This document shows, in pieces, positions 52,251-64,000 of a stretch of DNA of 64,000 nucleotides. Below the pieces are notes generated by a model. The model was given only the letters and a program-made list of their open reading frames with translations, did no database searches and was not told the origin of the DNA. This DNA is from Lama guanicoe (taxonomy: Eukaryota). The stretch covers positions 1,243,884 to 1,307,883 of the forward strand of contig MU054001.1 of assembly GCA_013239625.1 (NCBI GenBank), in the 5' to 3' direction. A program made the translations under genes and the position numbers. Position 1 is the stretch's first letter. Every line of letters starts with the position of its first letter.

Positions 52251-53818
52251 TTTATTCAGCAAATGTCTTCTCTCAAGAGGTGGGAAAGGATGAGCAGACT
52301 GAGGGTTAGAGGTGAGGAACTGAAAGGATATTTGAGTAAGAGAAAAATCACCCCGGGGGCCAACATTTGGTGTCAGCCTTGGCATTTATTTCCCCAGCGG
52401 CACCTCACACATTTTAGTGGGTGAAGAAAGGGCTTCGAACATGCATACTGTCTCTCACCCACTCTTCTGCTGCTGCAAGTGCCTGCCCTGTACTGGAACC
52501 TCAGCAAGGACTTAAAAGGGCTCCCGTGCATTTAATCTTTAATGGGAAAGATTTAGATTTTCTTTTTCTTTTCCCTAGCTAGGCCTGCTGCACCAAAAGT
52601 GTGGTGGACTCCCTGCCTGAGACTGTCTCTGGATCTAAAATAACAGTGAGGTGTATTCGGGGAGAGGACAGGAAACATGCTTGGAGAATCTGCCCATCTC
52701 ATAGCTGTTGTCCAGGTTGAGTGCAACGGCTGGATCTTTTTGGGCTGGGCTGCTGTTTGCTTTCTGCAAAGGGTGTTCATCAAGTTTCACAATGTGTTGA
52801 GAACAAGTTTGCAAAAGGCAAGTGAAGGCTTGTCATGATTTTGTAACCAATTATTTCATTTGTATTTTATAAATCGGTCATAAATGTCATTGACTAATTG
52901 CTGCCCTTTCCCCCCTCCGCCCCCTCATACACCCACTGGAACAAACAAGCAACCTTGTACCACGTTTGCCAGAGGCCAAGAATTAATGGCGGGTTTTAAA
53001 CTAAACTCCATCTATTTGGAAGGACATCAGTGGCAGCTGAGGACACACTGTAATTTCTTTGCTCACCACCACTCCTCTCTGCCCTGAAAAACAAACATAC
53101 TTCCATCATGAGGCTCTCTGCCTAAGAAAACTCAGATACCAGGAGAAAAGGTGACAGCTCGATACCCCAAAAGAAACCAAAAGAAACAATATGAAAATAA
53201 CTATGTCACAATATCACTGACGGAGCCAAGATCTTTTCTTGCCTATCTGATCATTACTAAACCAGTCATTACTCAAAAGCACACATTAAGTGATGATTTA
53301 TCTGTTTGACTGCGGTACAAACATTATCTTCTGTTGATGCTTAGTGGCTCTGGAAAAGGAAACGTGAATCATGTCCTGCCTCCGAATGAACTCTGAAGAA
53401 TAACCACATTCCAAAGGTTGACGGGCAGGAGGAGGAGAGAAAGTAATTACGTTGTGATGGGTTAAAAGTCAGTAAGAAAAGAAAGCGGAGGGCGGCTCTG
53501 GCCTATAAACATTTCTGGAACTCCTACTCCCTTCGGTCGGCCTTGACAAAAGATCTATGTCACTAAAAAGAAATGATACAAATGTGACAGGCTGCTCTCA
53601 ATTTCGGAGAACCTCCCTGGTCTTCGCAGTCAGGTTTGATGCCACAGTGCAGTAACGGTTCAGAATATACCAGCCTATAAACACCTCCTAGAAGGACCAG
53701 ATGTTGCCACCTTTTGCAAGTTTTGAAAGCTTAAGTCACAAACATGTGGCTTGTAGGTCAATTCTAGCCTTCAACACGTTTAAAAAGATTTTTTTAAAAC
53801 TCAGTCGCCAAAAAAAAA

Positions 53819-53930
53819 TTTTTTGGAGGTAATTACGTTTGTTTATTTTTTATGGAGCCACTGGGAATTGAACCCAGGACCCTGTGCATGCTAAGCACAC
53901 ACTCTACCCCTGAGCTATACCTCTCCTCCC
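53819..53930 (-). mobile_element. tRNA-Ala-derived SINE, camelid vic-1-like
   Basis: Minus strand GGTATAGCTCAGGGGTAGAGTGTGTGCTTAGCATGCACAGGGTCCTGGGTTCAATTCCCAGT, then tail 'aaacgtaattacctcc' and an A-run. Confidence 0.88.
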
Positions 53931-56159
53931 TCAACCAAACTTTTTATGTAAGGACATTTCGTTTACAAATCTGGATTTCTGGCTTCCTTTGGAAAAAAGA
54001 AATCTGACGGGTCCACAACAGTGGGTCCCCGTTCCTGCACGATGGCTGCTTGTCCTTTTTCAAACAAAGGTGTGCTTCCTGGCTCTGTCTTGTCCCCTCA
54101 ACAAAGGTGTTGCACTGCACCCAGCCTGCTTCACCCACTGCCACTCCCTGCGGGCTCCGTATGGATCTGAGCATAGCATTTTTTTCTGTTTCGTGTGACT
54201 GCGAATTAACTGCCCAGCAAATAATACTTTTCCCTACTTGAAGGCAGTGAAAAAAGGATTTCAGAAGCTCAAAGTCCTATCGAGCCATTCTGACTGTGAC
54301 CAAAATTCCACTCCACTGAGTCAGTGTTTGAGTTTCAGAACAACGTGCCACAACCCCTCATGCTCGCCTGAAGGCATCCTGGGCCTCGATCCACTCCGAC
54401 TGGCTGACCATGAGGTCAGCAGCTCCTCGAAAAAGCATCCAGTACCCTAGGGCTCTGGTGCATGTTTTAAAGGCAAATCATGAAAATGAACCATACTAGA
54501 CTCTAAAGGAAAAAAGGCACTGTCTTCTTATTCGTTCTTACTTATTACTCTGAAATTAAGTTTGTGAAAAGTTGAACTATCCGACGTGCATTTTCAGCCT
54601 GACTCGTTTAGAGTTATGATGGAGAAAACTCGATCATTCCTCATGATCTATTTTTCATAATGAGGACCACAAGAAAAAAACAACGCAGGGAGAAATCTCA
54701 GGATCTTTGGATAGAGAAATGAATGTACATATTTTGCACTAGCTAGCAGTAATTACTTTACCATGTGAGGCTCAGGGTAGGGAGTAATGTGCAATACCTT
54801 TGAACTTGGAGCCATCCCCCAAAACAAACAGGAAAAAACCTGACCTCTGACCCTGTTTTGAAGCATCACTCCCCGCTTGGGTAGTGTTTGCATGTTGAAA
54901 TATTTATTTCCTTCATAAAAAAATCCAACTGAATATCCAATCTCTCAGCAGCAAAGAGTCTGATTTCCATGTTAGCAGAAGCCTTAAGTAATTTGGGGCT
55001 ATGATCTAAACACTACAAGCTTTACCCACTTAAAACCTTGCCAGCTCCGAGCTGCATATTTTTCTCACAGGCTCCTCATTTGCAAAACATAGCAGAAATT
55101 CAGGTGAAAGGTGAGGAAGTTTTCCACAGCTGAAAAGCCCAGTTAGAAAACTCTTGTTTCCTGGGCACAGCTTCCAAGAGAACAATATTTCTGAGCTTCA
55201 GTCACTTGAAGACGGGAATCTGTACCAGTGAGGATGAACACGTTCTCAAAAGCAGGTGCTGTGATGGTAGCTTCTGGATGTGGTGTGGGAGAGGACGAAG
55301 CCTCCTGACCCCTAAAGGCAAGCTTTTTCACTGAGACCCTTCTGATTATGACACGAGAGCATGTGACTATCATCAAGATAAATTATCCTTCACCTGTTCG
55401 TTGGTTATGGTATTTGAACAAAAGGTCTAATAAAAATTACTTAAAATGTCATTTCCCCCACGAAAAAGGAAGCTACAACTCCCACATAAAGCACTCTGCT
55501 CCATCGTATTCACAAAACTGGGCAGGCAAAAGGAAAAAAGTTGCACCTGAGGTGGGCCGTGCCCTTTCACAAGAGCACGACCTTCAGCCTTCATCAACAG
55601 TAAGACTGAGATGAACCCCGATGCCTCTTCCGTCATGATTTCTAATCACCGAGTGTGGTGGGCGAGCCTTCGTTTAACTTCTTCATGAGGTTCAGGATTG
55701 AGATACTGAAATTAAGCTCAGAATGGCTCTTAAAAGCAGGAAGGCTTCAGGTTTTCCTTCGTGTCTACTGTCATAATTCGGAGGAAAATGGCTTCACTTT
55801 TTTGGTGCAATGAGTTGGGGAACACAAGGGGATATGGGCCTTCACCTGTAGCTGCCTTGAGACCTTTACCTCCAAATTTAATAGTAGCTTGCGAGGCCCA
55901 GAGTACCATGGGGAACCCTGCTGGCTCACTGTGAGGAAAACGGGCTACCTGTGTATAACATGAGTCTGTGGGAATTGAGAATTTTATCATTCCAAGTGAC
56001 ATCAGAAAATGGTTTTTGCATCTAATCTTGTGTTAGCTATGGTCGTTTCAGGAAACAAACAAACAAAAAACACTAATGTTGCAATAGAAGAAATATACCA
56101 GTGGTATATTGAGCTGTTTAAATACACAAGTTTCTCTACTCAAGAATTTTCTATCTAAA

Positions 56160-56598
56160 ATTCTGGAGAGGCTGTAGAGAAAAGAGAACTCTTCTCTATT
56201 GTTGTTGGGAATGTAGTTTGGTGCAGCTGTTATGGAAAACAGTATGGAGATTCCGCAAAAGACTAAAAATAGATTTACCATATGATCCAGCAATCCCACT
56301 CCTGGCCATATATCCAGAGGGGACCTTCATTCAAAAAGATACACGCACTCCACTGTTCAGAGCAGCACTATTTACAGTAGCCAAGACATGGAAGCAACTT
56401 AAATGTCTATCGACAGATGCCTGGATAAAGAAGTTATGGTATATTTTTACAATGGAATACTACTCAGCCATAAAAATGATAAAATAATGCCATTTACAGC
56501 AACATGGATGGACCTGGAGTATGTCACTCTAAGTGAAGTAAACCAGACACAGACAGAAAAACACCATATGATGTCACTCATATGTGAAATCTAAAAAA

Positions 56599-56630
<32 letters not shown>

Positions 56631-57043
56631 ACCTAATTAAAAAAAAAAAAAAGAAACAAAGAAAAAAAAAAAAAAGAGAGAGAGAGAGAGACAAATGAAC
56701 TTATTTACAAAACAGAAACAGACTCACAGACATAGAAAACAAACTAATGGTTACCAGGAGAGGAAGGAAGCGGGAAGGGATAAATTGGGAGTTTGAGATT
56801 TGCAGATACTAACTAACATATATGTATAAATATATATATATAAAATAGATAAACAACAAGTTTATAATGTATAGCACAGGGAACTATATTCAATATCTTG
56901 TAGTAACTTATGGTGAAAAAGAATATGAAAACAAATATATGTATGTTCATGTATGACTGAAGCATTGTGCTGTACACCAGAAATTAACACATTGTAAACC
57001 CACCATACTTCAATAAAAACTACACAAACACACACACACACAC
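56160..57043 (+). mobile_element. 5'-truncated L1 with 15-nt TSD, expanded internal A-tract and (CA)n tail
   Basis: ORF2 C-terminus '[18 protein letters not shown]...WYIFTMEYYSAIK'; TSD AGAATTTTCTATCTA (56143-56157) vs AGAACTTTCTATCTA (57044-57058). Confidence 0.95.
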
Positions 57044-58149
57044 AGAACTTTCTATCTAGATTTATTGATAAGAGCAAACCTAAATCCTAGAGCAAAAGTA
57101 TGTCCTCAACAGACCGTACTGGCGGTGGCTGCTTAAGTCACTTCTTGGTTTTACAAACAAAAGGTTTTACCGACAGTTTCTTGGATTCTAACTTGCTTGG
57201 AAGGAGAGGCCCTTCTGTAAGTTGTACAAACCATTGAGAGGGCCTCGGCAAGCTTTGGTGGCACCTTCGGGCAAATCAGAAAACGGCGGCCCCTGTGGGC
57301 AAATGAAGAACCCCAGTGTGGAGAGGGCAGCGTGCCGGGGATTTCAGCCCCTCTCCCCTCATGTCAGCCCCGCTTTGCTGGGAGCCTGTATGTCCACTCC
57401 GTTTGCCTAGTGTTGAACATGGAAAATGAACAGGTCTCTCTTCAGCCACGCCGGGTTCCAGGTAGCAAAAGTCTCTGCCGAATAATCTCACCACAAAGCA
57501 GAAGTCAGTGGCAGGTTCAGTACTATTTGGTAGAGGGACCCCAAGGGCGCCAAGTTAGAAGAATGAGGAATAAACCAAGGGATTCTAGTCAGAAAAAAAT
57601 CAGGAGACACAACAGCAAAGAGCAAAGTCATGCGCTTTCACTTCATGACTAGCCAGTTCTTCTTGACATAAGGGCGGGACTGGTTCTGCCGTCTTCACAT
57701 TTTGACTCATAAAGGACACACCCCGCTGAGAGCAGCAGGTACCGTTTTTTCAGGGGCACAAAGGGCCACCAGCGAAATTCTACTGGTGAGCATCACGCAC
57801 CTGGAAGCCCGGGTTTAAGGTCCTGAGCGCAGACTTTGTGAGGCAACACGCTTTGGCTTAACGCTTCCTGTGGAAGCCAGTAAGCACCCAAGGAGAGAGA
57901 AAAGTGATGGCTCCCAGAAGGGAGCAAGCGTGGAAGGAGCTTCCAAACTGACCAAGAGTTGGCTGGGGGGACTAGCACTTCTTAATTCCAGAACTACTCT
58001 TTAGTGACAGTAAGGTCTTACCAGATGTACAGAGATTTTCAGTTCTCTTCTTTACCTCCATATTGGAATCTCCCCCTTACGATCAGCATCATTTTTAAAT
58101 TTTGTAGCAGTACCCTGATAATGAGTTCACAGCCATCACAGGTATGTCT

Positions 58150-58225
58150 CGATTTACAATGTTGTGTTAGTTTCTGGTGTATGGCGTACTGATTCAGTTG
58201 TGTGTATATATATATATATATATTT
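58150..58225 (-). mobile_element. Short L1 3' UTR fragment
   Basis: 'gatttacaatgttgtgttagtttctggtgtatggcgtactgattcag' plus (TA)n. Confidence 0.7.
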
Positions 58226-58229
58226 CAAC

Positions 58230-58830
58230 CACAGTTGCACTGAAGAAATGAAATAAAATGTTACTTTTGCCCATAAAATTGGCAAAAAAACATTTTTTTT
58301 AATGGCATTATTTCATGCTCCCAAACATGAGAAGGGAGAGGCATTCTCAAAAACTGCTGATGAAAAGGTAAATTGGCACCTCTTTCTGGAAATCAAATTG
58401 GTAATGTTTTATTCGAAAATTCATTGCACACATATTTATGGAGTACCTGTGATTTGTTAGGAACTTAAAATGTACATTCCCTTCCACCTTGTAATTCCGT
58501 ATCTAGAAATCTGTTCAATAAAGGATCAAAGATTTCTGTAAGAGGATGTCTATCACAATGTTTAAAAGTGAAAAATGAAAGATATGTTTAAATAAATTAC
58601 TGTGTATTTTGAGGGAAACTATTTTTGATTGAAGTGCAATAATGAAAAAATAACAATATTTGTTTTCCATGAGAAACAAGGGGTACACAAATTTAAAAAA
58701 AAGAAACATTCCTAATCATACACCAAATGTTAACAGTTTCAGATGGTAGGAGTATGGGTGATTTTAATTTTCTTCCTGTGCTTTTCTATATTTTTCAAAA
58801 TTTCTACAATGGGCATTTATTAATTTTAAA
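58230..58830 (+). mobile_element. Ancient L1 (L1ME-like) 3' remnant
   Basis: 'cccataaaattggcaaaa', 'gtaaattggcacctctttctggaaatcaaattgg', 'tacaccaaatgttaacagt...ggtgattttaattttctt'. Confidence 0.6.
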
Positions 58831-59029
58831 AGTAGTAGTAAGTACTAAGATGTATTTACAATCTCAAAAACATATAACAGAAGAAGAAAACAGCAAAATG
58901 GTGACATCGAAATTACAAATGTACATTTTGGTGAAGAGTACAAATCTTCAAGATACCTACACTTGGGACCCTGAAACAGTGTTGAAGGAGCACATGTAAA
59001 ATGGCATCAGAAAATGTTCAAAACAGAAG

Positions 59030-59150
59030 ATCTTGAATATATGTATGTATATGTGTGACTGGGACACTGCTATACACCAGAAATTGACACATTGTAACTG
59101 ATGGTACTTCAATGAAAAATAAAATAAAATGAAATAAAAGAAAAGAAAAA
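59030..59150 (+). mobile_element. Short young L1 3' terminus
   Basis: 'tgtgactgggacactgctatacaccagaaattgacacattgtaactg...acttcaa' plus (AAAAT)n tail. Confidence 0.85.
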
Positions 59151-59164
59151 CATTTTAAAAACCC

Positions 59165-59315
59165 CAGAGGATCCATTAGAGATCACTCAGTTTAATGTCT
59201 TCATTGTACAGTTGTGGGGATGAAGATTAAGTATTGCAATGGCTTGATCCCGCACTGCAAGTTAGACACTAAAAGCCTAGGACTCCTGCCTTCCAATCTA
59301 TGCCATTTCCATGAC
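59165..59315 (-). mobile_element. MIR fragment
   Basis: 'ccattagagatcactcagtttaatgtcttcattgtacag', 'cctaggactcctgccttccaa'. Confidence 0.5.
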
Positions 59316-59699
59316 ACTAGGGATTGCAAATAGGTGTCATCTAAATTACAAGTGCCAGCAGTAACTGTTCCACATGTTGTGCTGAAAAGCTCAGGAGGAA
59401 AGCCTGCATTAAGATCAGTGACAACCTGACACAGGCAGGAGAAGAAGGAGCAAAAAGCTATATATTATCATCCTCTCCAAACCAAGTGTTTGTCACTATA
59501 AAATAAGAAGTGTTTATTGCTAGGGAAGCATTTGCTATAAATTAGGAATAAAGAAAACCATAGCTTTAACAACAAAGAAAAGAAAAAGTTACACTTTCCA
59601 ATTAAAAAGGGGCAATGAAAAATTTCACAAAGGTGCAGCATCATGTTTCAGTGAAATACTTAAATTCTCTCTCCAGAAAGAAGCTGGAAGGCAACAGCA

Positions 59700-62050
59700 A
59701 AAAAAGTTGAAAGAGCAAACTCATGCTTTTCCTCTAAAAAGCTATAAATAGAAATAAGGTTCAAAGACATGAGGGAAGCTGCATGCAAGAGCCTTAATGC
59801 TGAAAATAGCCAAGAGCCAATCAAGCCCTGGACAAACTTAAAAAGGGTTAACTTCACAGAAAGGTTAGGAATGAATGAGTTCTACTGTGACCTGTTTACT
59901 AGGGTGTCCACAGGAAAAAGACATCTACAGGGAAATCTCATTTATGAAAATGGATGCAAAAATAGTAAATAAAATAACAGCCAATCAAGTTCATCTGTAC
60001 TCACATCAGGATCAAATAAGGTCTATTCCAGGAGTGCAAGGATGGTTCAACAGTATAAAAATCTCATAATGTACTATACCACATTTACAAATTAAAGGAA
60101 AAAAATGATCATCTCAATAGACAACATCTTACTAAAAAAAAAAAAAAACAAAAAAAACAGTATCCAGTTAAATGCAATACCCATTAAGGAGAACAAAAGT
60201 TCCTTTAATGGATAAAGACTGTTTACCAGAAATCTTGGCAAATCTCAAACTCACTTGTAAAACATTAGAACTACTCTTATTAGCAACAGGAAAAACACAA
60301 AGATGCCTACTGGCCCTACTGCTATTCAACATTATTCTGGAAATCTCAGCTAAGACAGGAAGAAAGACAAATTTAAAAAGTATCTGTTGGAAAGAAAAAG
60401 GCAACATCATCATTATTTTAGATTATCTAATTCCTTATCTAGAAATTCCAAGGGAATCAACTGAAAAACTACGAGAACTAATAAAGGAGCTTAATAAGGT
60501 AACTAAATAAATATAAAAAACAACAGCTATCATACATTTAATTCTATCACAATAGCAATAAACACTATGATATATCTGGAAATAAACTTAGGAAAATGTG
60601 AAGAAAAATTGTAAAACTCTACTTAAGGACACAAAAGATGACATAAATAAATAAGAGATACATCATCTTAATGGGTAAGGAAATTTAATTTTTTTAAAGT
60701 TTTCTAACATATAAATCTATAAATTCAATGCACTCGTAATAAAAATGCAAATAGGATGCTTTTAAATGGAATTTGATCCTAAAATTCATCTGGAAGAAAA
60801 AGGCATGAGAATAGCAACAAAATTATTTTAAAAATAGGGGGAAGCAGGCCCTATAATATGTCAAAACATAAAATTTTGGTAACTAGGCAAAAATATAAAT
60901 CAAACAGAATTGATAGTGCAGAAACAGACATATACATTTAGTATATGACAAGCGTCTATTCAAATTAATAGAGACAACAATGGTTTATTCTAAAAATGTT
61001 ATTGTGCCAATTGGCTTCTCCATTAAAAAAAAAATAAAGTTAACCCCTACCTAAAAGGTAAACATTAAAAAAAAAACTATAAAAGCACCAGAATACAGTA
61101 AAAGTAAACTTATTTAAAAACATGGAGTAAGAAAGGTGGTCTTAAGAAATATATAATATGCAAAAGCTATAAAGGGAAAGAGTAATAAATGTGACAAGAA
61201 TATCGGAAAAGAATAATATATATTAAGACACATGTAAGATTAAAAACATCACAATTCAATTTTTAAAATTACATAACAAGTGACAGACTGAGAGAACAGA
61301 TTTGTAACACAAACAGAAGAGAATTAATATACAGAACATATAAAGAACTACAAATAAGTGAGAAAGATAAAACAATAGAAGAATTCACCAACGGTATGAA
61401 CAGGCAATATGAGAAGAAAAATCAAAATGCTCAATAATAATTTGAAAAGATGCTCCCCAGTGATCAGGAAAATACAAATTAAAACCACAAGACAGAATTT
61501 TTCACCCATCCAAGTGGCAGGAATAAAATAATCAAGATTGACAAACTGATAGCAACAGGAATTGGTACAGCTCTTTTAGAGACAGTTTAACAGTTATTAA
61601 GTTTTAAGTGTATGCACACTTTAACCCATTACTCAAAGAAAAAAATTCATGTATCATCAATAGCAAGATAGTTAAATAAGGCAGGAGATACCATCTATAT
61701 TATGGAACATTGTGCAGCAGTCAAAAGGAATGAGATTTCTATGTACTGACAGGAATGGTTCTAAGTTGGTTTACAGTAATCAACACAAGTTGTAGAACTC
61801 TATGGTATATACCGTTTTGTAAAAAATAAAAAATGAAAGAGGGCAAGAAGGAATGAATGAGGAAAGGAAGAAATGAAGACAGACACTGCATGGGAAGGAA
61901 AAAAAGAAAAAAATGAAAAGAATAAAATAATACCATGTATTTTCTATTGGTACCTTCATAAATGTGTGAAAGCACCTAAGAGGCAGATCCAAAAGGATAC
62001 AGACCAAGACAACTACATGACTTCTTGCAGGGAAATCAATGCATTTGGGA
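59700..62050 (+). mobile_element. Ancient L1 (L1M-type) with decayed ORF2 RT region and 3' end
   Basis: 'GKTQRCLLALLLFNIILEISA' and 'YLEIPRESTEKLRELIKELNKV' resemble L1 RT motifs GTRQGCPLSPLLFNIVLE and YLENP..S..KLL.LI; also 'DQIRSIPGVQGWFN'; many stops and frameshifts. Confidence 0.88.
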
Positions 62051-62084
62051 GGCGAGTCGAAGGAAGTCTGCTTCTCTGGAGAGG

Positions 62085-62300
62085 CAGCATGGAGCAATGC
62101 TTCCATGCAGACGTTTGGAGGCAGGCTGCCTGGTTCTAACGGTCATTAGTCATTTAAATCAATCAATCTGTGCCTCAGCTATTTTAGCTGTAAGATGGGG
62201 TAATACTAGTACCTCCTTATAGGATTACTATAGTCAATAAATGAATTCTATACATCACGCACATACCTGGCACACAGCAAACACAACGTAAGTACTGGTG
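62085..62300 (+). mobile_element. MIR SINE
   Basis: 'tctgtgcctcagctattttagctgtaagatggggtaatactagtacctccttataggatt...cctggcacacag'. Confidence 0.8.
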
Positions 62301-63769
62301 GTTGAGGGGAGCTGTATAATGTTGATACGTGGCTGTTTTGATCTACAAAAATTATAATTTTATATGATTCTACTTGACATTATTATTTATAATTTTTGAT
62401 TCTTTTAAATATGCATTACATGCTCTTGTTTAAGGACTGTAGAGCAGATTAGTATAGAGGGGCTGGCCCTGGAGTTACTACATACAGACATATTAAATAA
62501 TTTCAGTATCTATGTGTAGAAAGATCTTATCTTTAGAGAAGAAAGCCAATATTTAGAAATAACTTTGCCAACTAAACCTTGAGACGTGCTTTCGAAATCT
62601 ACTTAGCACATGTAACATATAAATCTGCTGGACCAAATCTTTATACAAATGACTGTATTCTGTGTCATAGTAATAATTTTATTAAACCTGGAATTTCAAA
62701 GAAATATTAAAAATAAAATAATGCATAAATTAGCATAAAATAAATGATGAAATTTCTTTTGCCAAAGCATCACATACTACACTTTATCCTAAATAAACAG
62801 CATGTTTTAAATGTTATGATTATAACATCCATATGACACTTAGGACACAGCTGTAACACACACACATCTGAATATTACAATATTTGCAACCATGTGAAAT
62901 AAATCTTTATATTTTAAAAAGGTCACACTGGCCTCAGTTTTAGTTTTTGAATGCTATTATCAATTTTTAAAGGCACTCTATTAAAAACTAGTGAAACAAC
63001 CTCAGCTGAAGTCAATTTAGAAACAGAAGAATATACATAAATATAAAAACAAATCTCTAGTATTAAATACACACACAACTCAAAGAGAGGAGAGACTCCT
63101 AGGAAACGTTGCTATAAATAGTTTGACATTATTACACAATCTTCTCTGCATATCTCATAATGGAAACATTTGCTACGGGTGATTGAAGAAATAAGCAACT
63201 TTGACATTTCTGGATGTAACTTGAGGAGCTTATTTCATCATAAAGGATTGGTATAGAATATACTAACCAACAACTCAATATCAAAACTCTCCTTGCAACT
63301 CTAAAACAGTGCAGAATGACATTTAAGATAATCCATTTATCATCACCCAATACAGGCTGCTTGTTCACAAAATGTCAGCGACAAGACTCGAACATTCCGA
63401 TTCCTGGGCAGTGGGAGCCTGCGACAGGGATCTTTAAGACACCATCAACTGCACTGTCTTATATGCTACTGCTGCACCTTGACTTCAGCTCCCAGAGTTT
63501 TTGCAATTTATATGAGCAGCTGTCCAAGTGAAAGCCTTCTCTTTTGGTCACACCCCACAGAAACATTCCCCTCCGAGGATAATGAAAAGTCTGCATGTTC
63601 GTTTGCAGGTAAGCGATTGCCTCGTGGCGACTTCTTGAGGTTTTTCTGAGCCATCTTGAAAAAGCTCAGTGTTTCAACTCTTAACAATAGCAAGTCTAAA
63701 AATTTACGTAATTCCTTATAATAATACTAAAGGTCACAATGACTCAGATTTATATGCTACACACTCATG

Positions 63770-63970
63770 CTGCAAGGAGGTTTTGGACAAGGTATCTCAT
63801 ATGCTCTTCATCAGCTCCCTGTAAGGTTAGCCAGAAATGATCAACGTTTCATGGGTGAGGAAAACTGAAGTTGAATTTTCATTTTGTAATTTAAGGCTTA
63901 ACTTTTTTGTTCAAGGCCTCATAGTAAGCTGGAATCATTCAGTGCTGGAGCTCAAATGACCCTCAGGTAA
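63770..63970 (-). mobile_element. MIR SINE fragment
   Basis: 'ctcttcatcagctccctgtaagg', 'tttcatgggtgaggaaaactgaag', 'gttcaaggcctcatagtaag'. Confidence 0.6.
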
Positions 63971-64000
63971 AATTAAGAAGCCTCTATCTAGTTCAGAGAG

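Noticed and set aside
53850..53925. tRNA-Ala gene (also 30725-30795)
   Set aside because: A/B boxes are present but the acceptor stem is degenerate and each copy has an A-rich retroposon tail, so these are SINEs.
60172..60510. Functional or domesticated reverse transcriptase
   Set aside because: The catalytic YADD/FADD position reads ILDY and flanking frames are broken; this is a dead ancient L1.
254..63693. The 60-137 aa ORFs in the six-frame track as genes
   Set aside because: Short, overlapping on both strands, many starting at GTG/TTG, with no recognisable domains. The only protein-like ones are L1 ORF2 remnants.
1..64000. Naming the host gene; CRISPR arrays, NUMT, processed pseudogene or endogenous viral ORF
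   Set aside because: No exon matched a protein I recognise, and no repeat-spacer array, mitochondrial-like or long coding-like stretch was seen.

Overview
Non-coding mammalian DNA, very probably from a camelid (camel/alpaca/llama): it has two tRNA-Ala-like SINEs resembling the camelid vic-1 family and young artiodactyl-type L1 3' ends, with no ruminant Bov-A/BovB elements seen. No protein-coding gene is supported. The ORF track consists of chance ORFs plus decayed L1 ORF2 pieces. The window reads as part of a very large intron or gene desert. Ancient repeats (MIR, L2, MLT1, hAT DNA transposons, old L1M) and younger L1/SINE insertions alternate with repeat-free, AT-rich blocks dense in homeobox/SOX/MEIS-PBX/GATA motifs, which look like developmental conserved non-coding elements. 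I cannot name a host gene. The clearest unexplained structure is a 94-nt gap-free copy of unique local DNA (47579-47672) inserted with microhomology inside an L1 1.2 kb downstream (48765-48858). Other candidates are an ATG-terminated first exon on the minus strand, three short exons, a 14-bp-arm inverted repeat, a strong G-quadruplex motif and nested transposons. Repeat family names come from remembered consensus similarity, not a database search, and boundaries of old repeats are approximate.
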